Sequence record: PZ386976.1
DNA: 64,000 nucleotides
Strand: one strand, 5' to 3'
Source: a phage
The notes beneath the pieces were generated by a model that made no database searches, was not told where the DNA came from, and saw nothing but the letters and a program-made list of their open reading frames with translations. This document shows, piece by piece, positions 59,742-64,000 of the stretch (the first letter of the stretch is position 1; every line of letters starts with the position of its first letter). The position numbers were made by a program, and so were the translations under genes.

Positions 59742-59817
59742 GGAAGTGTAGCAGAATGGTGATGCGGCAGACTTTTAATCTGACAGGCGATGGGTTCGAA
59801 TCCCTCCACTTCTACCA
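59742..59817 (+). tRNA. tRNA-Lys: tRNA-Lys (anticodon TTT)
   Basis: acceptor ggaagtg/cacttct, D-arm gca-gaatggtga-tgc, anticodon loop ctTTTaa, T-loop ttcgaat, CCA. Confidence 0.6.
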
Positions 59818-59821
59818 AAAT

Positions 59822-59898
59822 GGTTCAGTCGCAGATAAGGTAATTCAAGGGTCTCATAAGACCTATGAATGTGGGTTCGATTCCCATCTGAACCTCCA
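59822..59898 (+). tRNA. tRNA-Met/Ile2 (anticodon CAT), tentative
   Basis: acceptor ggttcag/ctgaacc perfect, anticodon loop ctCATaa, T-arm gtggg-ttcgatt-cccat, CCA; D-arm irregular. Confidence 0.45.
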
Positions 59899-59900
59899 AT

Positions 59901-59975
59901 TGTGGGTTAGCATAAATGGTAATGCAAACGGCTGATAACCGTTAGAAGAGGGTTCGATACCCTCACCTACAACCA
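59901..59975 (+). tRNA. tRNA-Ile: tRNA-Ile (anticodon GAT)
   Basis: acceptor tgtgggt/acctaca, D-arm gcat-aaatggta-atgc, anticodon arm aacgg-ctGATaa-ccgtt, T-arm gaggg-ttcgata-ccctc, CCA. Confidence 0.7.
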
Positions 59976-59990
59976 ATTTCAATAAAGTTG

Positions 59991-60019
59991 TTGACATTGA
60001 GATGTGACTACTTTATAGT
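59991..60019 (+). promoter_or_regulatory. sigma70-like promoter inside tRNA cluster
   Basis: TTGACA, 17 nt, TATAGT; followed by ~200 nt ORF-free region before next tRNA. Confidence 0.5.
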
Positions 60020-60222
60020 AACCTTAGTTTTCGTTGCGTAGCGTCTATTTTGCAAATTTAAAATAAATGCAAACGACAATGTTTTTCTGGCAGTAGCTTG
60101 ATAGGCTAAACACCAGTGAGGTCTTCCAATCCCTCATCAAAGAATTTGGCGTACTAGCCCACGGTATGATTAATAAGGTGGGCATCTTTAAGTGCTTTCT
60201 GAGAGAGTCTTTAAAGATTAAT

Positions 60223-60299
60223 GCACCCTTAGTTCAATTGGATAGAGCAACGGTCTTCTAAATCGTTAGTTACAGGTTCGAATCCTGTAGGGTGTACCA
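60223..60299 (+). tRNA. tRNA-Arg: tRNA-Arg (anticodon TCT)
   Basis: acceptor gcaccct/agggtgt, D-arm gttc-aattggata-gagc, anticodon arm acggt-ctTCTaa-atcgt, T-arm acagg-ttcgaat-cctgt, CCA. Confidence 0.7.
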
Positions 60300-60441
60300 A
60301 ATAGTTAGCAGATTGCTTAGACGACCTTATCGGGTCTCCGTGTAAGGAGGTGGTCTGTATCTCATGTTTTCCAGAACATGTAAATAATCTGAGAAGGGGC
60401 TTTACAGTGTTGCGAAAATACGGTAAGCTTCGAATTATAGT

Positions 60442-60524
60442 ATGGGACGATGTTAAGACTCTAAGGCATGAGCAACGGCCTCCAAAACCGTTTCAAAGGG
60501 GTTCAACTCCTCCGTCCCATGCCA
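60442..60524 (+). tRNA. tRNA-like gene with oversized D region (possible anticodon CCA, Trp?)
   Basis: acceptor atgggac/gtcccat perfect, T-arm agggg-ttcaact-cctcc, CCA; candidate anticodon loop ctCCAaa; D region ~7 nt too long. Confidence 0.35.
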
Positions 60525-60537
60525 AAGTCTTATTAGG

Positions 60538-60625
60538 GGTAGGTAGCGGCTAATGGCAGCCAAACAGTCTTGAAAACTGTTGCCACTGTAGAGATACGGT
60601 GAGGGTTCGACTCCTTTACTTACCG
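60538..60625 (+). tRNA. tRNA-Ser: tRNA-Ser (anticodon TGA), long variable arm
   Basis: acceptor ggtaggt/acttacc, anticodon arm acagt-ctTGAaa-actgt perfect, long variable arm, T-loop ttcgact. Confidence 0.6.
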
Positions 60626-60882
60626 CCTAATAAGATTTAAAGCCAAGCTTCATTCGGATGTTGCTTTGGTATCCCTCGTGTATTGTCGTACACACTGATA
60701 AAGCACCTAGTAGGTGTCACGGAGAAGAGATAATATCAAGCTCTCCAAAGGTTCTAGTCACCGGATTAAACAAGGCTATGCAAAGACCTGTTTAGGTCTT
60801 TTTAGAGGGCTTCTAAGGTTATTACAGCTTGTTGTGGAACCTTGTTGCTTAGGTTCTTAGAAGTTCTCTAAAAAGATTTAAT

Positions 60883-60960
60883 GGGAGATTGACGGTAATT
60901 GGTAAACCTACCATCCTTAGAAGTTGGTGTTTGAGGGTTCGAATCCCTTGTCTCCTACCA
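60883..60960 (+). tRNA. tRNA, anticodon tentative (TAG, Leu?) with short variable arm
   Basis: acceptor gggagat/gtctcct, anticodon arm ccatc-ctTAGaa-gttgg, T-arm gaggg-ttcgaat-ccctt, discriminator A, CCA. Confidence 0.45.
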
Positions 60961-60967
60961 AATTAAT

Positions 60968-61043
60968 GCAGGTGTAGCAAAATGGTTATGCGGCTGACTC
61001 TTAATCAGTAAGACGATGGGTTCAATTCCCTCCACCTGTACCA
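60968..61043 (+). tRNA. tRNA-Lys: tRNA-Lys (anticodon CTT)
   Basis: paralog of Lys-TTT gene; anticodon arm gctga-ctCTTaa-tcagt, T-loop ttcaatt, CCA. Confidence 0.55.
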
Positions 61044-61049
61044 AATATT

Positions 61050-61125
61050 GGGGTCATAGTTTATATGGTTAAAATTCGAGTTTTGCAAACTTGGGAACTG
61101 AGTTCAATTCTCAGTGACTCCACCA
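61050..61125 (+). tRNA. tRNA-Ala: tRNA-Ala (anticodon TGC)
   Basis: acceptor ggggtca/tgactcc, anticodon arm cgagt-ttTGCaa-acttg, T-arm ctgag-ttcaatt-ctcag, CCA. Confidence 0.6.
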
Positions 61126-61131
61126 ATTAGT

Positions 61132-61206
61132 GCATCCATAGTTTAAACGGGAAAATTACAGTCTTCCAAACTGAGGTTGAGGGTTCGATTCCCTCTGGAT
61201 GCTCCA
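61132..61206 (+). tRNA. tRNA-Gly: tRNA-Gly (anticodon TCC)
   Basis: acceptor gcatcca/tggatgc perfect, anticodon loop ctTCCaa, T-arm gaggg-ttcgatt-ccctc, CCA. Confidence 0.6.
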
Positions 61207-61212
61207 AACAAT

Positions 61213-61289
61213 GCTGCTTTCGTATAATTGGCTATTACACATCCCTTGTAAGGATGGAAATGCAGGTTCGAGTCCTGTGAGCAGCACCA
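61213..61289 (+). tRNA. tRNA-Thr: tRNA-Thr (anticodon TGT)
   Basis: acceptor gctgctt/gagcagc, anticodon arm catcc-ctTGTaa-ggatg perfect, T-arm gcagg-ttcgagt-cctgt, CCA. Confidence 0.7.
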
Positions 61290-61380
61290 ATTCAGAGGTC
61301 AAGTGAAAGACCGCTGGTGTCAACTGAAGACCGTAACAAATTCCACGGAGTTGAGTTAGCGGCACAACTTCAGACCTCTT
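61290..61380 (+). ncRNA. structured element with terminal inverted repeat and a variant of the conserved gaagaccgt box
   Basis: cagaggtc pairs with gacctct ~70 nt downstream; contains ctgaagaccgtaacaaa. Confidence 0.25.
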
Positions 61381-61384
61381 TCAT

Positions 61385-61459
61385 ACTCGCTTAGTTTATA
61401 TGGTAAAACATCACCCTTACAAGATGAAGAAGAAGGTTCAAGTCCTTTAGTGAGTACCA
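61385..61459 (+). tRNA. tRNA-Val: tRNA-Val (anticodon TAC), tentative
   Basis: acceptor actcgct/agtgagt, anticodon arm tcacc-ctTACaa-gatga (one mismatch), T-arm gaagg-ttcaagt-ccttt, CCA. Confidence 0.5.
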
Positions 61460-61460
61460 T

Positions 61461-61538
61461 GTTCCAGTATCCCAATTGGCAGAGGATGCAAGCTCAAACC
61501 TTGTACTAGTGACGGTTCGAATCCGTCTTGGAACACCA
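61461..61538 (+). tRNA. tRNA-Leu: tRNA-Leu (anticodon CAA) with short variable arm
   Basis: acceptor gttccag/ttggaac, D-arm tcc-caattggcaga-gga, anticodon arm gcaag-ctCAAac-cttgt, T-arm gacgg-ttcgaat-ccgtc, discriminator A, CCA. Confidence 0.5.
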
Positions 61539-61543
61539 ATTTT

Positions 61544-61619
61544 GCAGGATTAGTTCAAATGGATAGAGCAACAGTCTACGAAGCTGTTAATAGGGGTTCG
61601 AATCCCTTATCCTGCACCA
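61544..61619 (+). tRNA. tRNA-Arg: tRNA-Arg (anticodon ACG)
   Basis: acceptor gcaggat/atcctgc perfect, D-arm gttc-aaatggata-gagc, anticodon arm acagt-ctACGaa-gctgt, T-loop ttcgaat, CCA. Confidence 0.65.
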
Positions 61620-61638
61620 ATTTAAAGAGGCTATTTAA

Positions 61639-62196
61639 ATGAGATATTTGAAGTATGCTTCATGGATTTTCCTAGCTTTGTTAGACCCATTGGCAGCAAC
61701 CTTAGCAGTTATCTTAGCACCTTTTGTAGTTCCATTCTATAGTGAGAAGAAAGGACATCTACCTTTTGGATTCAGATGGATGGAGACATATGACAACCCT
61801 ATTGATGGTGATGAAGGTCACATTAAACGATGGGCTAAGATTAGAAAGATTGGTAAGCTTGGTGTCTATTTGCAGAGAGTTGGATGGCTCTGGAGAAACA
61901 AAGCTTATAACTTCTCTTACCATGTGTTAGGAAGAGATATAAAAGATGTTACTAAGTGGAAAGGTAATATCAACGTAAGCTCTGACCCTGAAGATAATCA
62001 GACAGGTTATCTCCTAATGTGGAACAGTAATGCTTGGGGATTATTCGCTTTTATCCCATCAATTAAAATCTTTGGTAAACAATTCTACTGGAGAATTTAT
62101 GTTGGGTGGAAACTAAAAAGTGTTGTCCCAGAAGAAAGAGCATTCTCAAGGGAAAGAGTTATGTTGGCATTCTTTATTCATCCACTGAGAAAGTAA
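61639..62196 (+). CDS. membrane protein embedded in tRNA cluster
   Basis: 185 aa with N-terminal hydrophobic helix. Confidence 0.45.
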   Translation: MRYLKYASWIFLALLDPLAATLAVILAPFVVPFYSEKKGHLPFGFRWMETYDNPIDGDEGHIKRWAKIRKIGKLGVYLQRVGWLWRNKAYNFSYHVLGRDIKDVTKWKGNINVSSDPEDNQTGYLLMWNSNAWGLFAFIPSIKIFGKQFYWRIYVGWKLKSVVPEERAFSRERVMLAFFIHPLRK

Positions 62197-62204
62197 AGAT
62201 TTAA

Positions 62205-62280
62205 AGGGGATTAGTTTACAAGGTTGAAACCTCGGTCTTTGAAATCGAAGAAGTTGGTTCAATTCCAACATCCCCCGCCA
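62205..62280 (+). tRNA. tRNA-Gln: tRNA-Gln (anticodon TTG)
   Basis: acceptor (a)ggggat/atccccc with unpaired 1:72, D-arm gttt-acaaggttg-aaac, anticodon arm tcggt-ctTTGaa-atcga, T-arm gttgg-ttcaatt-ccaac, CCA. Confidence 0.55.
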
Positions 62281-62282
62281 AT

Positions 62283-62361
62283 GCTCCATTACTCCAATTG
62301 GCAGAGAGGCCAGACTTAAAATCTGTGTTATGTATCGGTTCGAATCCGATATGGAGTACCA
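62283..62361 (+). tRNA. tRNA-Leu: tRNA-Leu (anticodon TAA) with short variable arm
   Basis: acceptor gctccat/atggagt, D-arm ctc-caattggcaga-gag, anticodon arm ccaga-ctTAAaa-tctgt, T-arm atcgg-ttcgaat-ccgat, discriminator A, CCA. Confidence 0.5.
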
Positions 62362-62366
62362 AATTT

Positions 62367-62442
62367 AGCGGTATAGCATAACTGGCAATGCAGCAGTCTC
62401 TGAAGCTGTCCTATTAAGGTTCAAATCCTTATGCCGCTGCCA
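62367..62442 (+). tRNA. tRNA-Gln (anticodon CTG), tentative
   Basis: acceptor agcggta/tgccgct, anticodon arm gcagt-ctCTGaa-gctgt, T-arm taagg-ttcaaat-cctta, CCA. Confidence 0.5.
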
Positions 62443-62473
62443 CTTCTAAGGATTCTTACGAGAGTCCTTAAAT

Positions 62474-62549
62474 GTGGCCTTATCATAAATGGTAATGACC
62501 CATGCTGTGAACATGGTCTATACGGGTTCAAATCCCGTAGGTCACCCCA
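62474..62549 (+). tRNA. tRNA-His: tRNA-His (anticodon GTG)
   Basis: acceptor gtggcct/aggtcac, anticodon arm ccatg-ctGTGaa-catgg perfect, T-arm acggg-ttcaaat-cccgt, CCA. Confidence 0.65.
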
Positions 62550-62554
62550 ATTTA

Positions 62555-62631
62555 TAGTCCAAGTAGCTTATATGGTTAAAGCGCGTGTCTGAAAAACATG
62601 AGAAGAGGGTTCAAATCCCACTGGACTACCA
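62555..62631 (+). tRNA. tRNA-Phe: tRNA-Phe (anticodon GAA), 3' end ambiguous
   Basis: acceptor tagtcca/tggacta, anticodon arm cgtgt-ctGAAaa-acatg, T-arm gaggg-ttcaaat-cccac. Confidence 0.5.
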
Positions 62632-62648
62632 ATTTCAAAGGTGCTTAA

Positions 62649-63382
62649 TGAAAGAGATGACAGAACAAGGTAAGGAGATTTTTAATCTCTTAAAAACCGG
62701 TAGAGGGTTTTCTAATCCCCTTATTACTGGTGCAGCAGTTCTAGGTGGAACCGTAGCTGCCTCTACATCACTTGTAAGCTCTATTAGTTCTGTAACAGAC
62801 CCTACAATGAAGGATAAACTCATTGCTGCTGGACTTACAACAGTTCTGCTTAATAGCTTTACAACGAGTCTGACAAGCACTACAGCAACTACTAAGACAT
62901 TGACAGATTATGGTCAAAAATCTATTGATGAGTTTTCCTCACGTATGCAGGTAGCAAAAGGCTACTCCAATGTTATGGGTGCAGCAGGAGAGCAAGTTGG
63001 TTGTACACCATTTAGTGGTATTATGGGTGTTGCTACAGAGTATGGTCAAAAAGCTATGGATACAATTAACAGCACACTAGATGATGTTAATGCCGTGTTA
63101 AGTGACTTACAGGATGCTATTGATAAAGGTCTTGATACTATTTCTGATTTAGCTAACCAAGCCGTTAGCAAGATTAATGAAGGTATCTCGAAGATTACAG
63201 CTTATGCAGATGAAGTTGTGCAGATGATTGAAGAAGAAGCTGCCCTTGTTGCAGATTACCTTAAAACGAATATTAATGGGTTCTTAGCAGGTGTCTTACC
63301 AGACTGGTTTGATGATGCTTGTAAAACTGGTGTGATTGACACTATTGCAACACCAGAAATGAAGAACGCATTACAGAAATAA
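62649..63382 (+). CDS. hypothetical protein, Ser/Thr-rich N-terminal half and helical C-terminal half
   Basis: ORF 62585.. trimmed to MKEMTEQ because upstream part overlaps tRNA-Phe. Confidence 0.45.
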
Positions 63383-63383
63383 T

Positions 63384-63476
63384 GGAAGATTAACCCTAAA
63401 AGGTAAGGGAGCAGTTTGCTAAACTGCCAGTAGCTGAGAAATCGGTGTACCAGTTCAAGTCTGGTATCTTCCTCCA
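63384..63476 (+). tRNA. tRNA-Ser: tRNA-Ser (anticodon GCT), long variable arm
   Basis: acceptor ggaagat/atcttcc perfect, anticodon arm gcagt-ttGCTaa-actgc perfect, long variable arm, T-arm accag-ttcaagt-ctggt, CCA. Confidence 0.7.
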
Positions 63477-63480
63477 ATTT

Positions 63481-63556
63481 GAATCCGTGACAGAAATGGA
63501 TATGTGCCTGTCTGCAAAACAGGTTTATAAGGGTTCGAGTCCCTTCGGATTCTCCA
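63481..63556 (+). tRNA. tRNA-Cys: tRNA-Cys (anticodon GCA)
   Basis: acceptor gaatccg/cggattc perfect, anticodon arm cctgt-ctGCAaa-acagg perfect, T-arm aaggg-ttcgagt-ccctt, CCA. Confidence 0.7.
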
Positions 63557-63593
63557 AGTTATTTTACTCTCTCTCAATTAAAATAATAATAAT

Positions 63594-63653
63594 GCCCTGC
63601 TATAAGTATTCTTCCTTTCGCTACCGAAGAGTATTTTTAGACAGGGCTTTTTT
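63594..63653 (+). terminator. terminator-like long hairpin plus T-run at end of tRNA cluster
   Basis: gccctg...cagggc then TTTTTT. Confidence 0.45.
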
Positions 63654-63778
63654 ACAGAGTTATACTTTATAAGAAGGCTTATACAGTATGTCTCTGACGT
63701 ACATTGTGGTTTCTCCTTGACGGTCTCTGTGCCGTCTTTTTTAAGGGGAAACATGGTTAATTATTTGGAGAAAACATA

Positions 63779-63979
63779 ATGAGTGAGACCGTTTATAAAG
63801 AACTTTATGAAGCTAATAAAAAGCTAGAATTTATGCAGAACACTATCATGGCAATTGCAGATAGATTATCTGTAGCAACAGGTATTGGTATTAAAGAAGC
63901 ATCTATGGATGCACTTCTGGATGCTGTTGATGCAAAGTTCGAAGTTAAGAAAGAAGATACTGCTACAGACTCTGAATAA
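63779..63979 (+). CDS. hypothetical protein
   Basis: 66 aa ORF with RBS ggaga. Confidence 0.35.
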   Translation: MSETVYKELYEANKKLEFMQNTIMAIADRLSVATGIGIKEASMDALLDAVDAKFEVKKEDTATDSE

Positions 63980-64000
63980 TTCTATTTGCGGAGGCGCTTA

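Noticed and set aside
58833-61365. Minus-strand ORFs 58833..59072, 59459..59689 and 61156..61365 in the tRNA cluster
   Set aside because: They run antisense through several tRNA genes, are Cys/Pro-rich with no motifs, and are the expected shadow ORFs of G/C-rich tRNA sequence.
62585-62648. N-terminal extension of ORF 62585..63382
   Set aside because: It overlaps tRNA-Phe; the internal Met at 62649 immediately follows the tRNA.
58223-63556. tRNA cluster as a prophage attachment site or bacterial tRNA operon
   Set aside because: There is no integrase or host-like flanking gene; the tRNAs are interleaved with phage-type HNH endonuclease and promoter elements inside an otherwise phage gene context.

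Overview
This window reads as a contiguous segment of a large virulent phage genome (AT-rich, host likely Gram-negative given lipobox and Rz/Rz1-type genes), not a bacterial chromosome. All calls are from manual reading and motif recognition; no searches or folding programs were run. Recognisable modules: (1) a leftward block with an ATP-dependent DNA ligase and a T7-like family A DNA polymerase that appears split by an ~805 bp group-I-like intron carrying an HNH endonuclease; (2) a rightward replication and nucleotide-metabolism block (dNMP kinase, primase-helicase, SSB-like, FEN, nrdA/nrdB/glutaredoxin, nrdD split by a second intron with an HNH ORF, nrdG); (3) a PRPP-synthetase-like gene next to a nicotinamide phosphoribosyltransferase-like gene; (4) T4-like rIIA/rIIB, an Rz/Rz1 pair and a macrodomain protein; (5) an array of 14 small ORFs each preceded by a repeated promoter/stem-loop/RBS cassette; (6) a ~1.7 kb ORF-free repeat region; (7) a leftward block of small genes with a T4-lysozyme-like endolysin and Ig-like proteins; (8) a vWA-domain protein with Ro60-like features followed by a cluster of about 27 tRNA genes interspersed with an HNH endonuclease and conserved non-tRNA structured elements. 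The most interesting candidate is the Ro60-like gene beside four covarying bulged-helix modules, one enclosing a circularly permuted tRNA-like domain, which may be a phage Ro60/Y-RNA-like system. tRNA anticodon assignments come from manual cloverleaf folding and several are tentative.
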